Source: Actinomycetota bacterium
GTDB taxonomy: Bacteria; Actinomycetota; Thermoleophilia; UBA2241
NCBI GenBank assembly: GCA_003132585.1
Contig: PKYG01000097.1
Location: 1,790 to 65,789, forward strand
Reading direction: 5' to 3'
Length of the DNA stretch: 64,000 nucleotides
A model generated the notes under the pieces. It ran no database searches. It worked only from the letters and a program-made list of their open reading frames with translations, and was not told the origin of the DNA. Positions 8,340 to 16,981 of the stretch are shown here, in pieces; position 1 is the first letter of the stretch, and the number at the start of each line of letters is the position of its first letter. The position numbers and the translations under genes are program-made.

Positions 8340-10544
8340 ATGGACCGCGTACCCGGTCTCCTGAAGCGGCACGAACAGCAGGTGCGCTACCTGCTGGTCG
8401 GCGGCTGGAACACGCTCTTCGGCTACGGCGTGTACGCGCTCCTCTACTGGCTGCTGCGCCGGCACATGTCGTACGTGCTGATCCTCGTGCCCGCCAACGT
8501 GATCGCGATCACGCAGAACTACTTCGGCTACAAATTCGTCGTCTTTCGCACGCACGGCAACTATCTGCGCGAGTACTTCAAGACCTACCTCGTGTACGGC
8601 GCCGCGTTCGTGGTCAATCTGGGCCTGCTGCCGCTGCTGCACGAGGTCGCCGGCTTGCCGGTGCTGGTCGCGCAGGCGGTGGCGATGGCGGTCACCGTGG
8701 TGCTCAGCTACTTCTTCTACAAGTACTTCGCCTTCCGGCCGGCGGACGGCGCAGGGGAGCGGTGGTCGCCGGCGGGGGAGCGCTGGTCGAGGCTCGACAT
8801 CGGTCTCGGCGCCGTCGCCGTCTTCGTCTTTCTCGCGGCGCTCGCCTTCACCTACAGCCGCCTCTACCGCGGCATCGACCTGCTCGACGAGAGCTTCTAC
8901 ATCGCCGTGCCGTATCGCTTCGCCCTCGGCGCGCGGCCGTTCGTCGACGAGGTCAACCTGCTGCAGCTCGCCGGGCTCGTCGTCTACCCGTTCGTCAAGG
9001 CGTTCGTGGCGATCAGCGGTGGGGCGACGGGGTTGATGCTCTATACGCGACACCTGTATCTGCTCTTCGCCCTCGGTGTCGCGACCTCGGTCTTCTGCCT
9101 GCTGCGTACGCTGATGCGCTGGCAGTACGCGGCGCTGGCGGCGACGCTCTACGTGAGCTACTTCGCCTTCGACCTGCCGCAACTCAACTACAACACGCTC
9201 GCCTCCGGGTTCCTGACGCTCGGCGTGGTCCTCGGGCTGTGGACGATCCTGCACGGACGCAGCCACTGGTACATGGTGGCGGCGGGCGTCTGTCACGGCG
9301 TCGCCGTGTTCGTGTTTCCGACGCTGATCGTGATCGTGCCGCTGTACGCGATCGCGGCGGCGCTCGTCAGCGCCGGGCGCCGGCGCGCGGCGTGGGCGTA
9401 CGTTGCCGGCGCCGGAGCCGCAGGCGCTGCCGGCGCCATCGTGCTCGTCTCCTTCGGCGTCGGCAATGTGCTGCGCAGCGTGCGCTTTCAGCTCGCCGAC
9501 GCCAAGCGCGTCGGCCAGGGCGGCGGGTTCGCGAAGGTCGGCAACGTGATCTCGGGCTGGGAGCGGCTGATGATGTCGCGCGCGCACCTGCTGGTCATTG
9601 CCGCGGTGCTCTATCTCATCTACCGGCGCTACCCGCGCGCGCGCCTGCTGCTGCTCGCCTACGTGCCGCCGTCGCTCTTCATGGGCGGCCTGCGCTGGCT
9701 GCTCGAGGCGGCGGGCTTTGCGATCGCCTTCATGTTCGTCAGCTTCTTCCTGCTGCTCTTCACCGATGCGCGCGATCGCAGCCTCGTCGTCAAGCTCGCC
9801 GCGTGGGGCCTCGTGCCGGCGCTCGCCGCCGGCATCATGACCGGGTACACGAGCGCCTCCAGCTTCGTCAACAGCGAGGTGGGGTTCCTCCCGGCGATGC
9901 TCTGTTGCGCGGCGCTGCTGGTGCTTGTCGCCGCGCCGCGCCCCGGCGAGCCGCAGGACCGGCTGGCGCGGGCGCTGCCGTGGCTCACGGCGGCGGCGCT
10001 CACGCTCACCGTCGCGGCGACGATCGTCTACCAGTTCGCGTACATCCCGCGGATGGTGCCGTACCGCACGCTCACAGTGCAGATGCGCGCGGGCCCCTAT
10101 GCGGGCATCTACACGACGGTCCCGCGCGCCGCCTTTCTCACCAAGTTCAGCGCCGACCTCGCCACGCTCGTGCGCCCCGACGAGCGCATCATCGTCTTCA
10201 ACGGCCTGCCGGCGGCGTACCTGATGTGGCCGCACGCCGCCGCCGCCAACACCGTGTGGATCACCACGTCCGGCGGGGCGCCGGGCGTGCTGCCGCCGGC
10301 CACCTGGGACTACTTCAAGCAGGCGGGCGTCGTGCCCGATGTCGTGATCCGCATCGCCAACCCTGCCGAGGCGACGCCGTGGGCGGTCGCGCACCAATTG
10401 AACGGGGGATTGCCGTACCCGCTCGTGCTTACCCGTACCGACGTGCTGCCGAACTACATCGTCTACCGGCGACCGGCGTGGTTCTCGATCGACACACTGC
10501 CGGCGCAGCCGACGCTGCCGCAGTCACCGGCGGCGACTCCCTAG
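8340..10544 (+). CDS. Fusion of an N-terminal GtrA-like flippase domain with a multi-TM GT-C-type glycosyltransferase
   Basis: First ~130 aa are GtrA-like (RYLLVGGWNTLFGY...YKFVVF...KYFAF); then RGIDLLDESFY loop motif, ~10 TMs and a C-terminal soluble domain. Confidence 0.72.
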   Translation: MDRVPGLLKRHEQQVRYLLVGGWNTLFGYGVYALLYWLLRRHMSYVLILVPANVIAITQNYFGYKFVVFRTHGNYLREYFKTYLVYGAAFVVNLGLLPLLHEVAGLPVLVAQAVAMAVTVVLSYFFYKYFAFRPADGAGERWSPAGERWSRLDIGLGAVAVFVFLAALAFTYSRLYRGIDLLDESFYIAVPYRFALGARPFVDEVNLLQLAGLVVYPFVKAFVAISGGATGLMLYTRHLYLLFALGVATSVFCLLRTLMRWQYAALAATLYVSYFAFDLPQLNYNTLASGFLTLGVVLGLWTILHGRSHWYMVAAGVCHGVAVFVFPTLIVIVPLYAIAAALVSAGRRRAAWAYVAGAGAAGAAGAIVLVSFGVGNVLRSVRFQLADAKRVGQGGGFAKVGNVISGWERLMMSRAHLLVIAAVLYLIYRRYPRARLLLLAYVPPSLFMGGLRWLLEAAGFAIAFMFVSFFLLLFTDARDRSLVVKLAAWGLVPALAAGIMTGYTSASSFVNSEVGFLPAMLCCAALLVLVAAPRPGEPQDRLARALPWLTAAALTLTVAATIVYQFAYIPRMVPYRTLTVQMRAGPYAGIYTTVPRAAFLTKFSADLATLVRPDERIIVFNGLPAAYLMWPHAAAANTVWITTSGGAPGVLPPATWDYFKQAGVVPDVVIRIANPAEATPWAVAHQLNGGLPYPLVLTRTDVLPNYIVYRRPAWFSIDTLPAQPTLPQSPAATP
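8751..8792 (+). repeat. Imperfect 21-bp tandem repeat (AGERWSP / AGERWSR) in the fusion linker
   Basis: gcaggggagcggtggtcgccg followed by gcgggggagcgctggtcgagg. Confidence 0.7.
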
Positions 10545-11281
10545 GAGCTCGACTCCGGGAACGCGTCGGCGACGGCTTTGCGGACGAAATCGAGCAGGTC
10601 GCCAGTCTTGTACAGGAAGCCCCTGATGCCGGCAGCCCCGGCCGCGGCCATGTCGCTCACCTTGTCGCCGATGAAGATGCAGTCGGAGGGCGCGGCGGCG
10701 AAGTCGGCCAGCGCCTGCAGAAGGAGTCCCGGTTGCGGCTTGCGCGCGGGGCAGTCGAGCCGGTAGGCGTCGAGCCCCGCCTCCGGATGGTGCGGGCAGT
10801 AGTACACAGCGGCGAGCGCCGCGCCGTCGGCGGCCAGGCGCTCGCCCACCCAGCCCATGAACTGCGCGAACTCCGCCTCCGTGTACAACCCGCGGCCGAT
10901 GCCCGCCTGGTTGGTGACGACGACGACGGTGAAGCCCCAGCGGTCGAGCCAGCGCACGGCCTCGACCGCGCCGGGCATCCAGACGAAGTCCTCGGGGCGG
11001 TGCACGTAGTCTCCGTCGACGTTGAGCACGCCGTCGCGGTCGAGGAAGGCGAGGCGGAGCTGGGCGGCGGCGACTCCGCCGCTGCCGGCGCCGATGGGAC
11101 GCGGATCGGTCGTGTCCCCCGAAACGATGGAGAGAGGAGGAGCCGGGGCACCGGAGCCCGCGGCCGCAGCGGTCACAGCCGCGGGCGCCGCGGCAGATGC
11201 GATCGCGGCAGCCGCAGCCTGAGCTGCCGCGGCCGCCGCGGCCGCGATCGCCTGAGCTGCCGCGCACGGCCGGATCAACAT
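10541..11281 (-). CDS. gmhB: D,D-heptose 1,7-bisphosphate phosphatase (HAD-IIIA) with Ala-rich N-terminal extension
   Basis: FLDRDGVLN, VTNQAGIGRG, YCPHHP, CPARKPQPG, IGDKVSD; start uncertain. Confidence 0.85.
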   Translation of the reverse strand: MLIRPCAAAQAIAAAAAAAAQAAAAAIASAAAPAAVTAAAAGSGAPAPPLSIVSGDTTDPRPIGAGSGGVAAAQLRLAFLDRDGVLNVDGDYVHRPEDFVWMPGAVEAVRWLDRWGFTVVVVTNQAGIGRGLYTEAEFAQFMGWVGERLAADGAALAAVYYCPHHPEAGLDAYRLDCPARKPQPGLLLQALADFAAAPSDCIFIGDKVSDMAAAGAAGIRGFLYKTGDLLDFVRKAVADAFPESSS

Positions 11282-11844
11282 AGCGAGGCCTCGGCAAGCT
11301 CGCTGAGGATGTGCTCGATCACAATGTGTGCCTCCTGAGTGCGCGCGGTGTCGGTGCTGGGCACGGCGAGGAGCACGTCGCAGACGCCGGCGAGCCGGCC
11401 GCCGCCCTCGCCGGTGAGCGCGATCACCCTGAGGCCGCCGGCGCGCGCCGCGGCGGCGGCCTTGAGCACATTCGCGCTCTCGCCGCTGGTGGAGATCGCG
11501 AGCAGCACGTCGCCGGCGCGGCCGAGCGCCGCGACCTGCCGCGCGAAGACCTCGTCGAAGCCGTGGTCGTTGGCGACCGCCGTGACGATCGACGTGTTGG
11601 TCGTGAGTGCGATCGCCGGCAGGGCGCGGCGCTCGAGCCGGAAGCGGCCGACGAACTCGGCGGCGACGTGCTGGGCGTCGGCGGCGGAGCCGCCGTTGCC
11701 GCAGACCAGCAGCTTGCCGCCGGCCGAGAGCGAGTCGTGGATGAGCGCGTGCGCCCGGCAGATCTCGGCGCTCAGCGCCGAGACTGCCGCCATCACGCGC
11801 TCATGCTCCGCCAGGCGCTTGGCGACGATGCTCACACCGTCCAT
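11275..11844 (-). CDS. gmhA: D-sedoheptulose 7-phosphate isomerase
   Basis: CGNGGSAADAQH, ANDHGF..VFARQV, STSGES, TARTQEAH; alternative GTG start at 11835. Confidence 0.93.
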   Translation of the reverse strand: MDGVSIVAKRLAEHERVMAAVSALSAEICRAHALIHDSLSAGGKLLVCGNGGSAADAQHVAAEFVGRFRLERRALPAIALTTNTSIVTAVANDHGFDEVFARQVAALGRAGDVLLAISTSGESANVLKAAAAARAGGLRVIALTGEGGGRLAGVCDVLLAVPSTDTARTQEAHIVIEHILSELAEASLC

Positions 11845-12845
11845 GAGCGCACCCCCTCGTGCGTGAACTTGAAGTTGGCGATCTGCGCGCCGCCGCGCTG
11901 CAGCATGGCCTGCACGGCGAAGCGGCTGCCCGGCTTGCAGATGAAGAACATGAAGCCGCCGCCGCCGGCGCCGGGGATCTTGCCGCCGAGGGCGCCTGCC
12001 TTGCGCGCCTCGGCGTACAGCTCGTCGATCGGCGCCGTACTGATGCCGTCGGCCATCTGCTTCTTCGCCTCCCACGCCTCGTGCAGCAGCTCGCCGAGCG
12101 CCGGCACGCGGCCGAGCAGGAGCGCGTTCTTCATCTCGTAGGCGAGCGCCTTGAGGCGGTCCATGGCGGCGATCGCCGGGGCGTTGCCGGAGCGGTAGTT
12201 CTCCACCTGGCGGTCGATGATGTGCGCCGAGAAGTGGGTGCCGCCGACGTGCGCGAAGAGCAGGCTGTACTCGAGCTCGTAGAGCGTCTCCGGGCGCAGA
12301 CGCAGGGCGTTGACGATCGCGTGACCGTCGGCGAACTCGATGAAGTTGAAACCGCCGAAGGCGGTGGCGTACTGGTCCTGATGGCCACCGCCGATACCCG
12401 CCTCGATGCGCTCGATCTGATAGGCCTTCTCGGCGATCTGGTAGTCGTCGAGCGGCAGGCGCAGGTGCTGCGCCAGCGCCGCGATCAGCGCGACCGTGAC
12501 CGCCGAGGACGAGCCGAGGCCCGAACCGGGCGGCGCGTCGTTGTGGAGCAGCACCTCGAGACCGTCACTGAGACCGTGCTCCCGGCGAAAATGATCGAGC
12601 ACGGTCTTGGCCAGGTCGAGCTGCCCGTCGTAGACGAACTCCTCGTCGACCGAGCAGGCGACGCTGGAGTCGTAGTCGAGGCTCGAGATGCGCAGGTCCG
12701 GGCCGCCGGCGTCGAGCGTGGCGTAGGCGTAGCGGTCGATACTGGCGCTGAGCACGGCGCCGCCACGCTCGTCGCAGTACGGCGACACGTCGGTGCCGCC
12801 GCCGCCGAAGCTGATGCGCAGTGGCGCTCGCGCGCGGATGGTCAC
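11832..12845 (-). CDS. hddA: D-glycero-alpha-D-manno-heptose 7-phosphate kinase (GHMP family)
   Basis: RAPLRISFGGGGTD, PPGSGLGSSS, GGHQDQY, GAGGGGF; adjacent to gmhA/gmhB. Confidence 0.88.
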   Translation of the reverse strand: MTIRARAPLRISFGGGGTDVSPYCDERGGAVLSASIDRYAYATLDAGGPDLRISSLDYDSSVACSVDEEFVYDGQLDLAKTVLDHFRREHGLSDGLEVLLHNDAPPGSGLGSSSAVTVALIAALAQHLRLPLDDYQIAEKAYQIERIEAGIGGGHQDQYATAFGGFNFIEFADGHAIVNALRLRPETLYELEYSLLFAHVGGTHFSAHIIDRQVENYRSGNAPAIAAMDRLKALAYEMKNALLLGRVPALGELLHEAWEAKKQMADGISTAPIDELYAEARKAGALGGKIPGAGGGGFMFFICKPGSRFAVQAMLQRGGAQIANFKFTHEGVRSWTV

Positions 12846-12892
12846 GCAGGGTCCTCCAATCGAGAAACGTGCATGGGCGCATTGTAGCAGGC
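12706..12892 (-). repeat. 187-bp direct repeat copy 1 (hddA promoter, RBS and 5' coding end)
   Basis: Aligns to 14310-14496 with 9 mismatches by manual comparison. Confidence 0.95.
12881..12889 (-). promoter_or_regulatory. Putative extended -10 promoter (TGC-TACAAT) of the hddA operon
   Basis: Minus strand reads ctgcTACAATgcg upstream of RBS GGAGGA and the GTG start. Confidence 0.55.
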
Positions 12893-12945
12893 GGGTGAGT
12901 GGGGGGCAGTGGTCGAGAAAGTGCCCACGAACTTCGAGTAGGTCT

Positions 12946-12965
12946 CAGCGCGCACTAGCGCGCTG
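12946..12965 (-). terminator. Hairpin just downstream of the FkbM gene
   Basis: cagcgcgc-acta-gcgcgctg perfect 8-bp stem, 2 nt after the stop; no U-tract. Confidence 0.45.
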
Positions 12966-12967
12966 CG

Positions 12968-14251
12968 TCAGCGAAGGGGCAGTGCGTAGCAGACCGTGTC
13001 GTCGATCTCCCGGCTGTAGTGCCTGAGGTACACACCGCTGCGCGGCATCAGCCGCTTGATGAGTAGAGGTATCGTCCACAGGTCGGTGGGAAAGTGATAG
13101 GCGGAGACGGCAAGGGTGGGTGCGGCGTCCGCGAGCAGGCGCGCCGCACCCAGGAGAGCCTCAGCCTCGGCGCCCTCGATGTCCATCTTGATCAACGACG
13201 GCGCGCGGCGGCCGTCGAAGTACTCGTCGAGGCCGACGACGGGCACGCTCTCACCTCCCAGCTCGTCGTCGCCGAGCAGCCGTGAGCCCGTACCAGCAGT
13301 GCTGAGGAGGCGCGCGCTGCTCATGTGGCGGGCGAGACCTGCCCGTATGGCGGTGATGCGCGCAGGGTCGGTTGCCGCGACATCGGCGAGTTTCGCAAAG
13401 CTCGCCCGGTCCGGCTCGAAGGCGACGTACGAGCGAAACCGCCCTGTGCAGCACACCAGGAACGATCTGAGGGTATCGCCGACGTAGGCACCTCCGTCGA
13501 CCACAACTTCGTCGACGCCGAGCTCATGCACGCTCGAATCGAAGTAGATGGTCGCCGCCGACGTGATCTCGTCCAGGCGCTCCTTGTCAAGGCTGACATA
13601 GAATGCGAGCTTGCCGGCGAACACGCGGCGTGACTCTTCGTCGGCGAGGAGGGCCTGCGCATCCTCGATGGCGGTGCGGTTGGCGGTGTCTGTGGCTGCC
13701 GCCCAGGCGCCCTCGTACTCCCGCGCCCGGAAGATCTCAGGCAGTCGCAGGTTCAAGTAGCCTGCCGGAACGACGGCCTCGCAGCCGAGCGCACGCAGAT
13801 CTTCACAGATCGCGGAGTCGAACATGGTGCTGGCTACGAGGACGGCGTCCCCTGAGTGGGCCGCGGCGACCTCGGTGGGGGAGAGTACCGGCAGGCCGTC
13901 GATGCGGCCGCCCTGCACCGCAGGGTCGCTGTCACCGAAAGCGACGACGCGCGCACCTTGCGCCGTCAGGCCCGCGGCTGCCTGACGGCCCATCCGGCCG
14001 GCTGGATAGACCACCGCAGGACGACGCCCGGCGAGAACCTCGTCAAGCACGCCGTAGCGTCTGTCCAGGGCTGCGCGCCACACTCGCGGGTCGCAGTCAA
14101 GGAGAGCGGCGAGGCGCGAGCCCGTGCTTGGGGCGTGCGCATCGCCGCGCGAGGACGAGCCTTCGTTCACGGCATCGTCGCCGGTGACAGACACTCGCCG
14201 ACGACGGAACACGGGCTCGCACGCCCGACCGACGTATGTCCGATGATGCAT
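12968..14251 (-). CDS. FkbM family methyltransferase
   Basis: VDGGAYVGDT, AFEPD, IKMDIEGAE, LAVSAYH, YLRHY; true start may be downstream of 14251. Confidence 0.88.
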   Translation of the reverse strand: MHHRTYVGRACEPVFRRRRVSVTGDDAVNEGSSSRGDAHAPSTGSRLAALLDCDPRVWRAALDRRYGVLDEVLAGRRPAVVYPAGRMGRQAAAGLTAQGARVVAFGDSDPAVQGGRIDGLPVLSPTEVAAAHSGDAVLVASTMFDSAICEDLRALGCEAVVPAGYLNLRLPEIFRAREYEGAWAAATDTANRTAIEDAQALLADEESRRVFAGKLAFYVSLDKERLDEITSAATIYFDSSVHELGVDEVVVDGGAYVGDTLRSFLVCCTGRFRSYVAFEPDRASFAKLADVAATDPARITAIRAGLARHMSSARLLSTAGTGSRLLGDDELGGESVPVVGLDEYFDGRRAPSLIKMDIEGAEAEALLGAARLLADAAPTLAVSAYHFPTDLWTIPLLIKRLMPRSGVYLRHYSREIDDTVCYALPLR

Positions 14252-14309
14252 GATTCCATGGCCGTGCTATATCACGGGGCTTACGAGTCTCGGTGCGAGC
14301 AATACGCCA

Positions 14310-14496
14310 CCGGCGTCGAGCGTCGCGTAGGCGTAGCGATCGATACTGGCGCTGAGCACGGCGCCGCCCCGCTCCTCGCAGTACGGCGACACGTCGGTGC
14401 CGCCGCCGCCGGAGCTGATGCGCAGTGGCGCTCGCGAGCGGATCGTCACGCAGGGTCCTCCAATCGAGAAACGTGCATGGGCGCATTCTAACAGGC
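14310..14496 (-). pseudogene. 187-bp repeat copy 2: 5' stub of hddA with promoter and RBS
   Basis: Reads [47 protein letters not shown], then diverges and stops at 14267. Confidence 0.93.
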
Positions 14497-14609
14497 ACAG
14501 GCTGACGAAGTTCTGATACCATTCGGCCGGATTCTGGATGAGGCTTCCAAGTTGGTTGCCCTGACATTCGTGAGAGGAACGTGCTCCTGAGCGTCCCAAG
14601 CGAGAAGCG

Positions 14610-15614
14610 GTGAAGGGTCACATCGTCGTGACTGGCTGCGCCGGGTTCATCGGGTCGCACCTGACCGACAGGCTGCTGGCCGACGGGCACACGGTGGTCG
14701 GCATCGACTCGTTCGAGGACTACTACCCGCGGGCGGTCAAAGAGGCGAACCTCGAAAGCGCGCGTGCCAACCCCGCCTTCACGCTGCATGAGGCGAACAT
14801 CCTCGACCTGGCCGCCGAGGCTGCGCCGGGCGGCCTCGAAGCAGGCGGCGCCAAGGGCTCCGCCCTCGCCGCCCTTCTGCGCGGCTGCGCCTGCGTTTAC
14901 CACCTCGCTGCCCAGGTTGGCGTGCGCGCCAGCTGGGGCATCTCGTTCGAGGTCTACACGCGCAACAACGTGCTGGCGACGCAGCAGCTGCTCGAGGAGT
15001 GCGTCGCTGCCGAGGTGCCCAAGGTGATCTACGCCTCATCTTCGTCGGTCTACGGCGACCAGGACGAGTTGCCGCTGCGCGAAGACATGCTGCCGCGGCC
15101 GCGCTCGCCCTACGGGGTGACCAAGCTGGCCGGCGAGCACCTCTGCGGCCTCTACCACGCCAATCACGGGCTCGACACGGTGTCGCTGCGCTTCTTCACC
15201 GTGTACGGCCCGCGGCAGCGCCCGGACATGGCCTTCCACAAGTTCATTAGGGCCACGCTCGAGGGCCGCGAGATCGTGATCTACGGCGACGGCACGCAGA
15301 CGCGCGACTTCACCTACGTGGACGACATCGTCGAGGGGCTGGTGCTGGCGCAGAACGCTCCGGCCGGCGCCGTGATGAACCTCGGCGGCGGCAACCGGGT
15401 GAGCCTTGACGAGGCGATCGCGACGCTCGGCGAGGTCATGGGGGCGGAGCCGAAGCTCGCTCGACAGCATGTGGAGGCAGGAGATGTGAGGGACACTCTG
15501 GCGGACGTGTGGAAGGCGGAGGAGTCGGTGGGCTACCGGCCTACGACAACGCTGGCAGGCGGACTGGCACAGGAATACACATGGCTGGCCGGGGAGAGGA
15601 GCGTGAGCTCATGA
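14610..15614 (+). CDS. NAD-dependent epimerase (UDP-glucuronate/UDP-HexNAc 4-epimerase-like)
   Basis: [38 protein letters not shown]. Confidence 0.88.
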   Translation: MKGHIVVTGCAGFIGSHLTDRLLADGHTVVGIDSFEDYYPRAVKEANLESARANPAFTLHEANILDLAAEAAPGGLEAGGAKGSALAALLRGCACVYHLAAQVGVRASWGISFEVYTRNNVLATQQLLEECVAAEVPKVIYASSSSVYGDQDELPLREDMLPRPRSPYGVTKLAGEHLCGLYHANHGLDTVSLRFFTVYGPRQRPDMAFHKFIRATLEGREIVIYGDGTQTRDFTYVDDIVEGLVLAQNAPAGAVMNLGGGNRVSLDEAIATLGEVMGAEPKLARQHVEAGDVRDTLADVWKAEESVGYRPTTTLAGGLAQEYTWLAGERSVSS

Positions 15615-16024
15615 CACCGTGGACCTCTGATTTCGAGATCATCGAGAAGGACGGCGCGGAACTGTGCTACGTCATCCGCGCCGAGCTCGCTCCCGACACC
15701 ACCACGTTCGTCACGCCATCCCACTACAAGCAGCAGGTGGGCTTCATCGCCTATCCCGCCGGCGGCGAAGTGCAGCGTCACCTGCACCTGCCCCTCGAGC
15801 GGCACCTCGTGGGCACGTCCGAGGTACTCTTCGTCCGCAAGGGTCGCTGCATTCTGGATGTGTACGACGACGCGAAGGAGCTTGTGGCCAGCCGTGAGGT
15901 CAAGGCCGGCGACCTTGTGCTGATGGTGGGCGGCGGCCATGGGTTCCGCATGCTCGAAGACACGCTCTTCCTCGAGGTGAAGCAGGGCCCATACCTCGAG
16001 TGCGAGGAGAAGGAGCGCTTCTGA
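15611..16024 (+). CDS. Cupin-fold protein (WbuC-like)
   Basis: HLH...SEVLFV.KG, GGGHGF, EVKQGPY; ATG overlaps the upstream TGA. Confidence 0.75.
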   Translation: MTPWTSDFEIIEKDGAELCYVIRAELAPDTTTFVTPSHYKQQVGFIAYPAGGEVQRHLHLPLERHLVGTSEVLFVRKGRCILDVYDDAKELVASREVKAGDLVLMVGGGHGFRMLEDTLFLEVKQGPYLECEEKERF

Positions 16025-16959
16025 TGCACCCGATTCGTCATGCGAAAGCCCTCGTGCGTGAGCGCCTGACGAATGTCGTCCGTTCGGAGGTCCGGGCGGA
16101 GATGAGAACCACCGCCACTCTTGCCGCGCAGGTGGTCGAGGCACGCCAGGCTGGTGCAAGTCGTCTCGCTTCGACCTATGACCACACCAAGAGTCCCAGC
16201 GACGAGTTCTACGGCGATCTAGCTGAGAGGCTGCGGGGCGCCGGCGTGCATGTACAGACCAAACAGGTCGATGTGGCGCGCTTCTCGGACTGGGCCGAGG
16301 GACACCCCGGCCTCTGGGACTGCTATTACGGGGATCCTGCGACTCGCGTGGAGAAGCTGCTTGAGCACTTCCTCTCCGAGGAATCGACCCGTCTCACTGC
16401 GGGGATGGCCTACATCGATGTCGCGGCAGCCGGTGGTCACTGGGTCTCATGTCTGCGAGGTGCAGGACTGAATGCACTGGCCTTGGACCTGAGCTACCCG
16501 CAGGGAGTGCACGGGTGGCGCATCGGTGCAGATGCCCAGGAGATACCGCTTCCCAGTGGCTCGGTCGATGCCGTGTCCGCTCAGTGCGCGTTTGAATGCT
16601 TCCAGGGCGGTGCCGATGTTGGGTTCATGCGTGAGGCTGCGCGACTACTGCGCCTCGGAGGGAGGCTGGCGATCGTTCCCTTGTACGTGGAAGACGCTCA
16701 CTTCATCGCGACGAGTCCCTACACCATCGTCGAGCCGGGCTGTTTCGACGAGGGTGCAGCGGTGGTGTGGCGTGATGATGAGTACGATGAGCCGTTCGCT
16801 CGACACTACTCGCCGGAAGCTCTGGTCGATAGGCTGGGCGACGCACTCGGTCTGTTCTCGGAAACGAGAGTCGTGCACATGACCAATCTCGAGTCACTCC
16901 GAGAGCGTTGGCCCGGATCACGCCTGTACGCCTACTTCATGTTGGAGTGTCGCAAGTGA
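16024..16959 (+). CDS. Class I SAM-dependent methyltransferase-like protein
   Basis: YIDVAAAG, GADA..IPLPSGSVD, AARLLRLGGRL. Confidence 0.7.
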   Translation: MHPIRHAKALVRERLTNVVRSEVRAEMRTTATLAAQVVEARQAGASRLASTYDHTKSPSDEFYGDLAERLRGAGVHVQTKQVDVARFSDWAEGHPGLWDCYYGDPATRVEKLLEHFLSEESTRLTAGMAYIDVAAAGGHWVSCLRGAGLNALALDLSYPQGVHGWRIGADAQEIPLPSGSVDAVSAQCAFECFQGGADVGFMREAARLLRLGGRLAIVPLYVEDAHFIATSPYTIVEPGCFDEGAAVVWRDDEYDEPFARHYSPEALVDRLGDALGLFSETRVVHMTNLESLRERWPGSRLYAYFMLECRK

Positions 16960-16981
16960 CGCCCGACCTGCTGGTGAGCCG

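Noticed and set aside
6978-11338. Very long ORFs 6978-10397 (-) and 7730-11338 (+)
   Set aside because: Antisense or off-frame shadows of real high-GC genes; Arg/Ala-rich with no family motifs
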